NCBI GenBank assembly: GCA_050173015.1 | Contig: JBFXLE010000004.1 | Coordinates: forward strand, 160,001 to 224,000 | Reading direction: 5' to 3' | Source: Calditrichaceae bacterium | GTDB lineage: Bacteria; Calditrichota; Calditrichia; Calditrichales; JBFXGD01 | Length of the DNA stretch: 64,000 nt | Shown: positions 19,973-31,232 of the stretch, piece by piece | How the letters are laid out: the number at the start of each line of letters is the position of its first letter | Position numbering within the stretch: the stretch's first letter is position 1 | Translations under genes and position numbers: made by a program | Notes under the pieces: model-generated | What the model saw: the letters and a program-made list of their open reading frames with translations, nothing else | Told to the model about the DNA's origin: nothing | Databases searched by the model: none

Positions 19973-21418
19973 TTGCGCAATCTCCAGCTTTTTTTTGTTT
20001 GTCTGATTGTCTCGGCAGGTTTTTGTCAATCGGAATTTGAGTCCATTCTGGATATGCCGGAAATGTTTATCGCCGGTAAACATATGAGGTCAAATCCTTC
20101 ATCTGTATTTAATGATAATTCAACACCGGACAGAATTCAATTTCGCTCGTATCTCACCTATAATGATTATTACAGGGAAAGAAGAAACAATTTAATTGAC
20201 AGAGATATTTACACAATCACTCAGCAGAATGAGTTGAGCATCCCATTGCGTGTAAAAAATATTACTGTCACTACGAGAGCGTATTTCAATCTCGACCGCA
20301 GAAGTATCAGTTATGATGTCACCGATTTTGAAAATTTGAGAATGGAATCGGTTTCTAATGAATACGGCATGTCTCTATCTATTCCGCTATGGCGTGAAGT
20401 GTTGAGTCTTTCAGGAAGCGCCGGGGAGAAAAGATATGAGTCGGAATCATATTATCCTTACTCCCTGGGAGCTTTTGTTAAATTCGGTTGGTTTTTACAG
20501 TTCGGCTATACAATATATAAAGATTATATGAGCTGGAAATTTGATTTCATTTATGAAGACTCACCGCTTGAATTTGAATGGATGGAAGAGGAACGAATCC
20601 ATGAAATAAGGTTTAGGATAATGTTTACCGAAGAGCTGGGTATTGATGCCTTAATCCTGGAAAATTCTGTAAACCGGCCTTATGATCTAAATAAAATGGA
20701 GACAATCTATATTCCCGTTGGGGATCATGAGACCGGAGAATATAAGGCATCCTATAGCCTATCCGGGCGGGTCGGTCTGGGATTTACTTATTCAGTCAGG
20801 AATCTCGATTATTCAGGGCGTTTTTATGAACAAAAAATTTCGTTTGGGAAAATTACTCAATTCAGCCAATTTTATGAATCCTTTTCACCGGAAATTACGG
20901 TCAGAAAGGACAGATCTGAATTTTTGGCAAATTTTTCATGGGGAAAGGGACTTCTAAAGGGCAGGGGGCATATAGAAACATGGCCGTTCAGTGATACATG
21001 GACAGACCTGCTCGGATTGCGTTATTATTCAAATTCTCAGGCCGGTTACCGGTTTAAAAGAGTCGGTTTGGGATATCAGTATTCAATATCCGGATTTGAC
21101 GCGGGAGGAAGGGCTGTTTTTGAACATTTGGCAACACAGGGAAATCTAAGGACGTGGGAGCCTGAATTTCTGGTGTTTGGTCAAAAAAATCTGAAAAAAT
21201 ATTTACTGGATATTAGTGAACAGGACGGTTTTTATCTCCGGCTAAATCTTTCTAAATCCATACAGAAATTCAGAATTTCGTACGGATTTTCGCAGTATAT
21301 CCCATTAAGATCTGAATACCGGCCTGATGAAGATACTGAAACCACAGGCGGTTCTTCAGCAGACCGGAGTGTTTATGGCGGCGGCCGGCACAATCTTCAA
21401 TTAACCATCGATTTTTAA
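19973..21418 (+). CDS. Hypothetical protein, probable outer-membrane beta-barrel
   Basis: Signal peptide, alternating aromatic strands, C-terminal LQLTIDF. Confidence 0.6.
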   Translation: MRNLQLFFVCLIVSAGFCQSEFESILDMPEMFIAGKHMRSNPSSVFNDNSTPDRIQFRSYLTYNDYYRERRNNLIDRDIYTITQQNELSIPLRVKNITVTTRAYFNLDRRSISYDVTDFENLRMESVSNEYGMSLSIPLWREVLSLSGSAGEKRYESESYYPYSLGAFVKFGWFLQFGYTIYKDYMSWKFDFIYEDSPLEFEWMEEERIHEIRFRIMFTEELGIDALILENSVNRPYDLNKMETIYIPVGDHETGEYKASYSLSGRVGLGFTYSVRNLDYSGRFYEQKISFGKITQFSQFYESFSPEITVRKDRSEFLANFSWGKGLLKGRGHIETWPFSDTWTDLLGLRYYSNSQAGYRFKRVGLGYQYSISGFDAGGRAVFEHLATQGNLRTWEPEFLVFGQKNLKKYLLDISEQDGFYLRLNLSKSIQKFRISYGFSQYIPLRSEYRPDEDTETTGGSSADRSVYGGGRHNLQLTIDF

Positions 21419-21604
21419 ACCATTTCCGCTTTATGGTAATTATTTGCATTGACGGGACGGGCATCCTAAATTCGACATCAATTCAGGAAAGAACGCCCAA
21501 TTTGAAGAACCTGAACAGTCCGGATTAAAGAAAACAGAGTAATTCAGGATTATTATGACGGATATCCGGAGTTTTATAAACGATAAAATAAACGGTTAAA
21601 GCGC

Positions 21605-23479
21605 ATGGAATATAATTTGACAGACTGGCTTCCGATAACACTGAAGGAAGTACGGTTACGCGGCTGGGAAGAACTGGATGTGATCATCATTTCGGGTGAT
21701 GCCTATATAGATCATCCGGCATTCGGGGCGGCGGTTATCGGAAGGATTATTGAACGGGAAGGACTCCGCGTGGCGATCGTTCCGCAGCCAAACTGGCGCG
21801 ATGATTTGAGAGATTTTAAAAAACTCGGCAAGCCCAGGTTATTCTTTGCGGTGACATCCGGAAACATGGATTCTATGGTTAACCACTACACCGCGAACAA
21901 ACGTCTGCGTTCGACCGATGCTTACACTCCGGGAGGGCAGTCGGGTTTCCGGCCGGATTACGCCACAACAGTCTATACAAAAATCCTGAAGGAGATCTTT
22001 CCCGATGTGCCGGTGTTGATCGGTGGCATTGAGGCTTCTCTCAGAAGAGTCACTCATTATGATTACTGGTCGGACCGGCTAAAGCCAGGCATACTGGCCG
22101 ACAGCGGAGCCGATTTGCTGATTTATGGCATGGGTGAACTGCCCTTAAGAGAAATAATAAGACTTTTAAACAGGAATGTTCCGGTCTCCCGGCTTGACAC
22201 CATTCCGCAGACGGCGCTTCTGCTGGATGAGAATCAGCCTGTTCCCAAAAACAAGCACTGGGAGTCATTTGAATTGACATCTCACGAAGAATGTCTAAAG
22301 GATAAAAAAGCATTTGCCGCGAATTTTAAACATATCGAGCAGGAATCGAATAAACAATATGCCCGTCGGCTTATACAGAAAATAGGTGAGCGGACACTGG
22401 TTATCAATCCGCCGTATAAAACGATGACGGAACAAGAAATAGACGCCTCCTTTGATCTTCCTTTTACACGTCTCCCGCATCCGAAATATAAAAATCGCGG
22501 TCCCATTCCCGCTTATGAGATGATAAAATTTTCGATGAATTTACACCGGGGCTGTTTTGGAGGCTGTAGTTTCTGTACGATCTCAGCCCACCAGGGCAAA
22601 ATGATCGCGAGCCGTTCAAAGGAATCAATCCTAAAAGAAATGGATGCCATCATCAAAATGCCCGATTTTAAGGGATATATCAGTGATCTTGGCGGGCCGT
22701 CCGCTAACATGTACAAAATGAAAGGGATTGATCAGGATATTTGTGATAAATGTATAAAGCCCTCTTGTATCTACCCGAAAGTTTGTTTTAATCTGGATAC
22801 TGACCATCACCCGCTGACTGAGATTTATCAGGCCGTCGCGTCAAAACCAGGGATAAAAAAGGCGTTCGTTTCAAGCGGAATCCGATATGATTTACTTATC
22901 GGGAAAGATGAAAAAGATGATAAAAAGAACGGATACAATGAATATATAGAACAGGTTGTTTCCAGCCATACTTCCGGAAGGCTAAAAATCGCCCCGGAGC
23001 ATACGTCGGATAATGTTTTGAAGATTATGCGGAAACCTTCCTTTAAGCTGTTTTATGAATTTAAAAAGAAGTTTGACGCGATAAATCAAAAACTGGGTTT
23101 AAAGCAGTACCTGATTCCATATTTTATCTCAAGCCATCCCGGCAGCAATCTTGAAGATATGGCGCAATTGTCAGTGGAAACGAAAGAGATCGGATTCGAA
23201 CTGGAACAGGTTCAGGATTTTACACCGACTCCGATGACGGTCGCTACGGTCATATATTATTCAGGTTATCACCCCTATACACTTAAACCCGTGCCGACAG
23301 CCAGGAATAAAAATGAAAAACTCGATCAAAGAAAATTTTTCTTCTGGTATAAACGGGAAAATAAAGAGTGGATTCGAAAAACATTGAACGCGCTGAACAG
23401 ATCGGATCTTATAGAAAAATTACTAAAAAAACCGGGCAAAGAAGCGGGTGTGAATCAACGCTATAAATCAGGAAAATGA
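21605..23479 (+). CDS. ygiQ: YgiQ-family radical SAM protein
   Basis: GDAYIDHPAFG, GNMDSMVNHYT, RGCFGGCSFC and QVQDFTPTPMT motifs. Confidence 0.92.
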   Translation: MEYNLTDWLPITLKEVRLRGWEELDVIIISGDAYIDHPAFGAAVIGRIIEREGLRVAIVPQPNWRDDLRDFKKLGKPRLFFAVTSGNMDSMVNHYTANKRLRSTDAYTPGGQSGFRPDYATTVYTKILKEIFPDVPVLIGGIEASLRRVTHYDYWSDRLKPGILADSGADLLIYGMGELPLREIIRLLNRNVPVSRLDTIPQTALLLDENQPVPKNKHWESFELTSHEECLKDKKAFAANFKHIEQESNKQYARRLIQKIGERTLVINPPYKTMTEQEIDASFDLPFTRLPHPKYKNRGPIPAYEMIKFSMNLHRGCFGGCSFCTISAHQGKMIASRSKESILKEMDAIIKMPDFKGYISDLGGPSANMYKMKGIDQDICDKCIKPSCIYPKVCFNLDTDHHPLTEIYQAVASKPGIKKAFVSSGIRYDLLIGKDEKDDKKNGYNEYIEQVVSSHTSGRLKIAPEHTSDNVLKIMRKPSFKLFYEFKKKFDAINQKLGLKQYLIPYFISSHPGSNLEDMAQLSVETKEIGFELEQVQDFTPTPMTVATVIYYSGYHPYTLKPVPTARNKNEKLDQRKFFFWYKRENKEWIRKTLNALNRSDLIEKLLKKPGKEAGVNQRYKSGK

Positions 23480-23526
23480 TGATCTGACGGTTAATTTAAT
23501 TTGCAATAAAGAGCCGTCCGTTGCGG

Positions 23527-24879
23527 TTAGAGTTCATCCTTGTCCGAAATCAGCTTTCCGCTTAATTTTAACAGATTAATTTCATTCTGTTTTGCTTCGA
23601 AGGCCGCGTTGATGTAACGGCTTTTTGCCTGAATATAATTCTTTTGAACCTCCCGAAGTTCCAATGGTGTCATCAGGCCCAACCTGAAATTCTCTAATGC
23701 AATATCGACATTTTCCTTTGCCGCGGAAATATTTTCATCTTCCAATTTAAGACGGGTCAGGCTGTTATCGTAAATGACATATCCTGTTCTTATATCCGCC
23801 AATATACTGTTTTTTAATTCCTCTAATTCAATCGCGATATTCCTTTGCAGGAGCTTTGCCGTTTGCTGCCGGCGTCTTGTGTTGAAGCCGTCATAAAGAT
23901 TCATGGTTAGTGAAAGACCGTAAAAAAGGCCATCTGTTTCACTGGATATGAAAAATCCCGCGTCTGATTCTGATTTGGCATAGTTGTAACGGGCAATTAC
24001 ATCAATTTCAGGATATTTTCCGGAAATGATTTCACCGATTTCCTTCCCGGAAACCTCGTATTCCGTCTTTTTTATAACAAGGGCGCTGTTATTTATAAGC
24101 GCCGATTCTTCAAGTTCGTTGATGTCTAATTTTTTCAGGATGTTGATTGAGTCACTAACCTGAAATTGTGTGTCCACCGGCCGCGCAAGCAGATGATTTA
24201 GGGTGATCTTGGCGGCGGTAAGGTCGGCGGATTGCTCTAAAAGCGCTGAACGGTCAGCATTCAGATCCACTTTCGCCTGAAGAATATCAAGTCTGGAAGA
24301 CGCGCCGAGCGCAAAATTCTGCTCTGCTATATGGAGCCTTTCTGTGGAAATGTCAACCGCTTCCCGGAGCACATTATGATTTAATTTCTGACGTACAATA
24401 TCATAATAAGCGTCACTTACTTCAGCTACCGAATTCTCGACCTGTTGTTTTAATTCATTTTGTCCGATATTATTCTGCATGGCGAGGCGTGAGTAGGAAT
24501 GAAACATTTTAAAACCATCAAATACCGTCCAGTTTAATTCCAGGCTGGCGGTTTTGTTTTCAGATTCAGCTCCGCTGCGGTCGATAGATGTGCCGCTGGC
24601 ATAATTCTGCTTGCTGTTTGTTTTGCTCTTGTTGTAACCGGCATCAACATCAAGTTCGGGAAGCATGCCCGCGTTTCCGGCCGTATAATTTTTTTCAGCG
24701 ATCAGAGCGTCGTTTTTTGATATTTGTATCGAATAATTTTTTTCCAAAGATATTTGAAGCGCTTCATCGATGGTGAGGAGCTCCTGAGATTTGCTTGAAG
24801 AAAACAGGGAGAAAAAGAAAAGAAATCCAAAAACAGCAGTAATATTCTTTGATGAACCAAATATAATAAGATGCTTCAT
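23527..24879 (-). CDS. TolC-family outer-membrane efflux protein
   Basis: LTIDEALQISLEKN, LNWTVFDGF, helical repeats; last gene of the RND operon. Confidence 0.88.
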   Translation of the reverse strand: MKHLIIFGSSKNITAVFGFLFFFSLFSSSKSQELLTIDEALQISLEKNYSIQISKNDALIAEKNYTAGNAGMLPELDVDAGYNKSKTNSKQNYASGTSIDRSGAESENKTASLELNWTVFDGFKMFHSYSRLAMQNNIGQNELKQQVENSVAEVSDAYYDIVRQKLNHNVLREAVDISTERLHIAEQNFALGASSRLDILQAKVDLNADRSALLEQSADLTAAKITLNHLLARPVDTQFQVSDSINILKKLDINELEESALINNSALVIKKTEYEVSGKEIGEIISGKYPEIDVIARYNYAKSESDAGFFISSETDGLFYGLSLTMNLYDGFNTRRRQQTAKLLQRNIAIELEELKNSILADIRTGYVIYDNSLTRLKLEDENISAAKENVDIALENFRLGLMTPLELREVQKNYIQAKSRYINAAFEAKQNEINLLKLSGKLISDKDEL

Positions 24880-24931
24880 ATTCCTTCGATCCTTTGTAAT
24901 TCTATCTCTTTGCGTATGTGAATCGTTCAAA

Positions 24932-27900
24932 TCAGTTGGATTCTGTAATCAATTCCAATTCCTTTTCATCCATCTCCATCAACGGGGGAGCGCCTTCCTT
25001 TGAAATCATCAGATATATGGCGGGAATAATGAACAGACTTAAAACGGTACCGATGATGAGCCCGCCGATCACGGCGATTCCCATGGGTATTCTGCTTTCA
25101 GAACCGGCGCCTAACGCCAGGGCAATGGGCAGAATTCCGAGAATTGTCGAGAGACTGGTCATCAATATCGGCCGGAACCGGGCCGCGGCGGCATCACGGA
25201 TGGCTTCGCTGACCGTTAATCCGTTCGCTTTTCGCTGATTTGCAAATTCTACAATCAGGATACCGTTTTTTGTCACAAGTCCGATAAGCATTATCTGTCC
25301 TATCTGGCTAAAAATATTTAGTGTCTGGCCAAAATACCAGAGTGAAAAGAGAGCGCCTCCAAGAGCAAGCGGAACGCTAAACATGATGATCAGCGGATCC
25401 CGGAAACTCTCAAACTGGGCGGCAAGAACAAGATATATAATCAGCAGCGCCAGAACAAAGGCAAACTCCAGACTTGACGCGCTTTCAATAAAATCACGGG
25501 AAGGTCCGGCGAGATCTGTTCGGAATGATTCATCCAAAACCTGCTTTGCCACCCGATCCATGGCAGCTATGCCTTCCCCGATTGTCTTTCCGGGGGCCAG
25601 GCCCGCCGATACGGTGGCTGAAACATAACGGTTAAAATGGTAAAGCTGTGGTGGGCTGCTTTGTTCATAAATGTGAACCAGATTATCCAGCTGGACCATT
25701 TCTCCTCGCTTGTTGCGCACATACAATGACCGCAGATCCAGCGGTTCATCCCGGCTTTCGCGCGCGAGCTGACCAATGACCTGATACTGTTTCCCGTTCA
25801 TGATAAAGTAATCAAACCGTTGCCCGCTCAAAGCCAGCTGCAGCACCTGGGCGATATCGATAACGGATACGCCTAATGACTGAGCGCGCTCACGCTCAAT
25901 TTCAATTCTCAGTTCCGGTTTATTAAATTTTAAGTTGGCATCAACATATTGAAAATTAGGATCCTGCCGGGCCTGATCCAGAAAGTTCGGCAGTATTTCC
26001 CGGAGCCGTTCAAAATTTGGCGCCTCGATCACATATTGAACGGGCAGGGCGCCCCGGCTGGAACCAATGGACTGTTCCTGGGAAACAAATGTTCTGGCAG
26101 CGGATAATTGTTTAACTTGCGATGAGAGCTGATTGGCTATCTCCATTTGGGATCGTTTACGATCGTCCGGATTTTTTAATATTAAACGAATAAAGCCGGA
26201 ATTGACTGAACTGCTTGATCCGAAACCGGGCGAAGTCACTGAAATGATGGCCTCTTTCTCCGGGACGTTTTCATCGATCAGATTTATAACCTGATCCATA
26301 AAATGATCCATATACTCGTATGTCGCTCCTTCCGGCGCGACAGAAAAGAGCCGCACACCGCTGCGGTCTTCGAGAGGCGCTAATTCCCTGGGCAGGATCA
26401 TGCCAAAAGCCACAATGACGATAAAAGAAACCAGAACAAAGATGATAGCCCATTTCTTTCTGCTCAAAAATTTATTTAGCATGCCGCGGTAGGATTTGTT
26501 CAGTTGCAGGAAAAAATCTTCGGTCCTTTTATAAAATCTGCTATGATCGGTTTTTCCTTTAAGCAGTTTGGTCGTCAGCATCGGTGTTAGTGTGAGTGCT
26601 ACAAAAGACGAGATGGAAACAGCGCCCGCGACAACAATGCCGAATTCTCTGAACAACCTGCCTGTCAGCCCCTGCAGAAATATCACAGGCAGAAACACGG
26701 CAATGAGAGCGAGTGTGGTCGCAATAATAGCTAAAAATACTTCGCGTGATCCTTTAATCCCTGCCGCTACAGGCGGCATGCCCTGTTCAATTTTGGCATA
26801 AATATTTTCCAGCATCACGATGGCGTCATCAACAACCATTCCTATGGCCAGAACAAGTCCCAGCAGGGTGAGCACATTAATTGAAAATTCTGCGATGTAC
26901 ATGATAAAAAATGCGCCAATGATGGAAATCGGTACCGTAATCATGGGGATCACGGTCGTTCTCCAATCCCTCAGGAAAAGAAATATGATCAATATTACCA
27001 GTAAGAACGCCAGCATAAATGTTTGTCCGACTTCGCTGATGGATTCGCGGATATATTTCGATGTATCAAAGCCAATACCGAGAGTAATATCCTTTGGAAG
27101 ATCTTTTTCAATCTGTCTGAGCCGGTTTTCAAATTCATCCACTATCGAGATATAGTTTGCGCCGGGTTGTGGAATCAGAACCAGTCCTACCATGGGTACA
27201 GCGTCCCGCTTCAGAACAGTTCTTAGATTTTCCGGACCCAGCTCGGCAAATCCGATATCTTTGAACCGGATAATTTTTCCGTCATCTTCTTTGATAATCA
27301 GGTTGTTAAACGCCTGTACATCTTCGAGTCTGCTGATGGTTCGGACCGTTAATTCGGTCGCTGATCCTTCGACGGATCCGGAGGGCAGTTCCACATTCTG
27401 GCGCAGCAGCTCATTACGTATATCCAGCGGCGTCAGCCCATAGGCGGATAATTTGGCGGGATCCATCCAGAGGCGCATCGCGTAAGTTTTTGAACCCCAG
27501 ATTTGAACTTCGCTGACACCGGGAATGGTCTGGACACGCTCTTTAAAAGTATTGGTGGCGATATCAGTCAGTTCAAGAAGATTTCGTTTATCGCTTTTTA
27601 TATTAAGAAACACGATCGGACTCGCGTTCGCGTCTGCTTTTTGCACAATAGGATTATCCGCGTCCGGAGGCAGGCGGCGTATGGCGCGGGATACGCGGTC
27701 GCGAACATCGTTCGCGGCGGCCTCGAGATCAATTCCCAGATCAAATTCAACCGTCACGGTCGCTCGGCCGTCGCGGCTGACCGAGGAGATCGTCCGGATA
27801 CCGGCAATTCCGCTGATCGATTCTTCAAGCGGTTCAGTAATCTGTGATTCAATAACATCGGCGTTGGCTCCCGTATAATTTGCGGTTACGGTGATGATGG

Positions 27901-28027
27901 GAGGGTCCACATTCGGGTACTCACGCACACCGAGAAAATTATATCCGATTATCCCGAACAGGACAATGACAATTGACATGACCATTGCCAGAACGGGGCG
28001 TCTTATGCTAATTGATGATAAACTCAT
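24932..28027 (-). CDS. RND efflux permease (AcrB/MdtB-like)
   Basis: SIRRPV, GMVVDDAIVMLENI, QFESFRDP, GLVTKNGILIVEFANQ and RFRPILMT motifs. Confidence 0.95.
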   Translation of the reverse strand: MSLSSISIRRPVLAMVMSIVIVLFGIIGYNFLGVREYPNVDPPIITVTANYTGANADVIESQITEPLEESISGIAGIRTISSVSRDGRATVTVEFDLGIDLEAAANDVRDRVSRAIRRLPPDADNPIVQKADANASPIVFLNIKSDKRNLLELTDIATNTFKERVQTIPGVSEVQIWGSKTYAMRLWMDPAKLSAYGLTPLDIRNELLRQNVELPSGSVEGSATELTVRTISRLEDVQAFNNLIIKEDDGKIIRFKDIGFAELGPENLRTVLKRDAVPMVGLVLIPQPGANYISIVDEFENRLRQIEKDLPKDITLGIGFDTSKYIRESISEVGQTFMLAFLLVILIIFLFLRDWRTTVIPMITVPISIIGAFFIMYIAEFSINVLTLLGLVLAIGMVVDDAIVMLENIYAKIEQGMPPVAAGIKGSREVFLAIIATTLALIAVFLPVIFLQGLTGRLFREFGIVVAGAVSISSFVALTLTPMLTTKLLKGKTDHSRFYKRTEDFFLQLNKSYRGMLNKFLSRKKWAIIFVLVSFIVIVAFGMILPRELAPLEDRSGVRLFSVAPEGATYEYMDHFMDQVINLIDENVPEKEAIISVTSPGFGSSSSVNSGFIRLILKNPDDRKRSQMEIANQLSSQVKQLSAARTFVSQEQSIGSSRGALPVQYVIEAPNFERLREILPNFLDQARQDPNFQYVDANLKFNKPELRIEIERERAQSLGVSVIDIAQVLQLALSGQRFDYFIMNGKQYQVIGQLARESRDEPLDLRSLYVRNKRGEMVQLDNLVHIYEQSSPPQLYHFNRYVSATVSAGLAPGKTIGEGIAAMDRVAKQVLDESFRTDLAGPSRDFIESASSLEFAFVLALLIIYLVLAAQFESFRDPLIIMFSVPLALGGALFSLWYFGQTLNIFSQIGQIMLIGLVTKNGILIVEFANQRKANGLTVSEAIRDAAAARFRPILMTSLSTILGILPIALALGAGSESRIPMGIAVIGGLIIGTVLSLFIIPAIYLMISKEGAPPLMEMDEKELELITESN

Positions 28028-28104
28028 CTGAAATTCCTGATATTAAATGTATTGTAATGGGTCGAACCTGACCCCGCTTAAATATGAATCCGGTGTTGCC
28101 CGCG

Positions 28105-29178
28105 TCAATTATTGCCCGAAATTTTTACCGCTATTCCGGGCCGGAGTTCGAGTAAGCCGCTGGTGATGAGTGTATCACCGGGACTCAGTCCTTCCTTAAT
28201 TTCAATACTCTGGCTGGTCCGCAAGCCTGTTTTTACCGGAACCGGCTGCGCCATACCGTTTTTATATAGAAAGACAATGCTGCCATTCAGTTCCGGGATC
28301 AAAGCTTTAGTAGGGATTAACAAAGCATTCTCATTGCTGGATACGGTCAGTTCAATATTCGCGAATGATCCGGAAAGTAATTCTTGCTCAGAATTATTGT
28401 ACAGCGCGCGCATGGTTAGTGTGCGTGTGGCCGGATCAATTTTGGGTTCGATGGCATAAATCAACGCGTTCAGTTTTTTTTCAATCCCCTGAACATAAAA
28501 ATTTACCGAATCACCCGGGTGAACACGGCCCGCGTATTTTCCGGGAATGGAAAATTCAATTTTGAGCGGATTGTTATCCACGAGAGTGGCAATGCGGGTA
28601 CTGCTGTTTATATAACTCCCTTCACTCACAAATTTAAGCCCGATTCTGCCGGCAAAAGGTGATCGAATTTCTGTTTTCGAAATCTGGGCCATGATCAGAT
28701 CAATCTCACTTTTGAATATATTGAGGTTGTTTAGAGTCTGATCATAGGCTTCGCGGCTCACCGCCTGAATATCAAGCTGTTTCCGCTGACGCTGTTCATT
28801 CTCCTCAGCCAGGACTTTCTGAAACTCCGCGCTTTTTAACTTCGCCTGCAATTCGGCATCATTAATTTTTATAAGCAGCTGGCCTTTTTTAGTAAAACTT
28901 CCTTCTTTGAAGTATATACCGGTGATCTTACCCGCTGTTTCGCTCTGAAGGGTGATTTCTTCATTTGGTAATATATTTCCTGTGGTGCGAATGGTTTCAT
29001 CCAATTTTTGCGGTTTGATGATATTCACGTCGATATTGACGGATTGAGCATCTGAACCGGCTGATAATTCAGCGGAAGCGTTTTTATTGAGTGAAAGTAA
29101 TTTTGGGATGATTATGACCAGTGCAATGACGACTATGGCAGCTATGACGCGAATGTTTTTTTTCATTGAGGTATCCAT
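28105..29178 (-). CDS. RND efflux periplasmic adaptor (membrane fusion protein)
   Basis: N-terminal TM; GKITGIYFKEG, IRSPFAGRIG and IDPATRTL motifs. Confidence 0.9.
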   Translation of the reverse strand: MDTSMKKNIRVIAAIVVIALVIIIPKLLSLNKNASAELSAGSDAQSVNIDVNIIKPQKLDETIRTTGNILPNEEITLQSETAGKITGIYFKEGSFTKKGQLLIKINDAELQAKLKSAEFQKVLAEENEQRQRKQLDIQAVSREAYDQTLNNLNIFKSEIDLIMAQISKTEIRSPFAGRIGLKFVSEGSYINSSTRIATLVDNNPLKIEFSIPGKYAGRVHPGDSVNFYVQGIEKKLNALIYAIEPKIDPATRTLTMRALYNNSEQELLSGSFANIELTVSSNENALLIPTKALIPELNGSIVFLYKNGMAQPVPVKTGLRTSQSIEIKEGLSPGDTLITSGLLELRPGIAVKISGNN

Positions 29179-29381
29179 AAATGATTTATACAGTATGTTT
29201 GAAGTTAACGATTAAACTGCCTGTAATTATTTCGCTCTCCCGATTGCCATTGATTGACCAGCGATTCTTATCCGGTTAATAAGACCGGGAAGGTACGTTT
29301 GTATTTATTTAATGTCTAAGTTAACCACAATTTCTGAAGACCAGATATACTGTCTGTGTTATGATAAAGCGGGATCCCGGT

Positions 29382-31202
29382 TTACCCGGCCCCGCCAGAC
29401 GCGCCGCCCGCGCCCCCGCCACCGCCTGCAGATGCTCCGCCTCCGGCTCCGGCAGCGGATGTAACGGTACCCGACGCAATGCTGACAAGTGAGACCAATG
29501 AATCAGCAATATTCGGCGTACCTTGCGCGTAAAGAAACCAGGGAAAGCAGACTCCGTATTGTTCTTCCGGAACAATTTTGATCAGTCTTTTGATTGTTTT
29601 TGTACCTGCTCCCAGAGCAATGGCATAAACCAGATAAATACCTACCTGATTATATAAAGATGATTCATAATCCATTGTGTGAAATTTAATCAGGTATCTT
29701 CTAAAGGCTTTCCATTTCTTTTTTTTGAGTTTCATCTCAGGTGTATAACGCAAAATAAGAAATGAAAGTCCCAGACACACGGCGCCGGCGCCTGTGGCAA
29801 TCAATCCGGGAATTCCAAGGAAAACCGCCAGCAATATACCCCCGGATATGACAAGAGAAGAAAAGATAGCTGAATAAATGGTTCCACGGATACTTGATTT
29901 ATCCCATATAATCACGGGATCCAGGTGTTTTTTTATGAGTTTCGTCCATTGTCTGAACCATTTTCTCATAGCGCGGGATGATTTTTTTAATGTAGCGGAT
30001 TCAATCGTGTTCGCTCCTTTACCGATTTCATCAAACATAAACCGTATAAGATTGTCTTCGAAATCAGCTAATTGATGCGCTTTATCACGGTTTATCGTAA
30101 GTGTAAAATTGCGTCTTTTGAACCAGCCGGTATCCGATATCTGCCCGATGGCAAGAACCCCTTTTTCCGCAAGGCTAAACAACGCTGTGGAAAGAGCGGA
30201 ACCCGATACCTGTTTGTTGAGATTTAGGCAATTAATTATTACGGGGTGATATGAATCAGGAATTTGTGTATCTATTTCCTGATGATAGGGAATATCAAAT
30301 CCGCGGCCGTATTTCAGGTACATCAATGCAAAAAAAACAATACCCGCCAGTGATAAAATGACGGCGATTCTCAGCGCCGCGGCATCATTTTCACGTTTCA
30401 AAAGTAAGTCCTGCTCCGCGCGAGCCCGTCTTTGATTCGCTTGTCGCGCCCATTCATATTCTTCGGACAAAACGCTAGATAATCGCTCAGAGTTGACGCG
30501 GTTTCGCGCGTCCGGCGCCCACTTTCCGGGGAACAATATTCGCGTTTCCCAAAACCGGTTAGCGGGCATGGGGCTGACATGCATTTGCAATATACCCTTT
30601 TGAAACCGGATTTTCCCGGTGAGCGGTCCGTGCACCCAGGCGCGGACTTCCGGATAAACGGCTGAATCAGGGAGACTCACCCGGACATTGACCCTGGCGA
30701 TCTGACTGGTATTATCGGCTCCAATGAACTGATAATACAGTTCGGCAACATCATCATAAACCGTAATGGCATCATCTATTTTGTATCTCAGTACAAAAGT
30801 GCGGGATTCGTTCCGCGCCTCATAGTACCAGCGGGCATAAAGTTTGTCACCGGAAATTTCCAATTTATAGGTTCCGGGGCTTTCATCCTGAGATTTTATA
30901 TATTCTGTCCCTTCTTCAGAAATACTGAAATCATGCGCTGTCCCGAGATTTTCCAACGGCAGGGAATAGTCCGCCCACGAGAATTTTCCTTTGAATGAAT
31001 ATGTTCGGGATTCTTCAATGTTTATTCCGCCATCCGGGAGAATCTCTGCCTGAATAAAGACTTCATCAATAGAATATGATTTTGCTTCGATGGAAGCAAA
31101 GGATAAAAGTATGATTGTAGTAAGGAGGACAAGAAAACTGCAACGGTATTTCAGAAACTGAAAAGAAAATAATCTCATTGCTAACCGGCAGATATTAGTC
31201 AT
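29382..31202 (-). CDS. DUF2207-family membrane protein
   Basis: KSYSID..ILPDG, AELYYQFIG, YLVYAIALG and Gly-rich C-terminus GGGGGAGGASGGAG. Confidence 0.8.
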   Translation of the reverse strand: MTNICRLAMRLFSFQFLKYRCSFLVLLTTIILLSFASIEAKSYSIDEVFIQAEILPDGGINIEESRTYSFKGKFSWADYSLPLENLGTAHDFSISEEGTEYIKSQDESPGTYKLEISGDKLYARWYYEARNESRTFVLRYKIDDAITVYDDVAELYYQFIGADNTSQIARVNVRVSLPDSAVYPEVRAWVHGPLTGKIRFQKGILQMHVSPMPANRFWETRILFPGKWAPDARNRVNSERLSSVLSEEYEWARQANQRRARAEQDLLLKRENDAAALRIAVILSLAGIVFFALMYLKYGRGFDIPYHQEIDTQIPDSYHPVIINCLNLNKQVSGSALSTALFSLAEKGVLAIGQISDTGWFKRRNFTLTINRDKAHQLADFEDNLIRFMFDEIGKGANTIESATLKKSSRAMRKWFRQWTKLIKKHLDPVIIWDKSSIRGTIYSAIFSSLVISGGILLAVFLGIPGLIATGAGAVCLGLSFLILRYTPEMKLKKKKWKAFRRYLIKFHTMDYESSLYNQVGIYLVYAIALGAGTKTIKRLIKIVPEEQYGVCFPWFLYAQGTPNIADSLVSLVSIASGTVTSAAGAGGGASAGGGGGAGGASGGAG

Positions 31203-31232
31203 AGAATTCCCCTCGGTGTGGAAAATTAAAGA

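Noticed and set aside
24918-28565. Plus-strand ORFs overlapping the RND operon, and similar antisense ORFs elsewhere (e.g. 63355-63888)
   Set aside because: They are shadow frames of well-supported opposite-strand genes.
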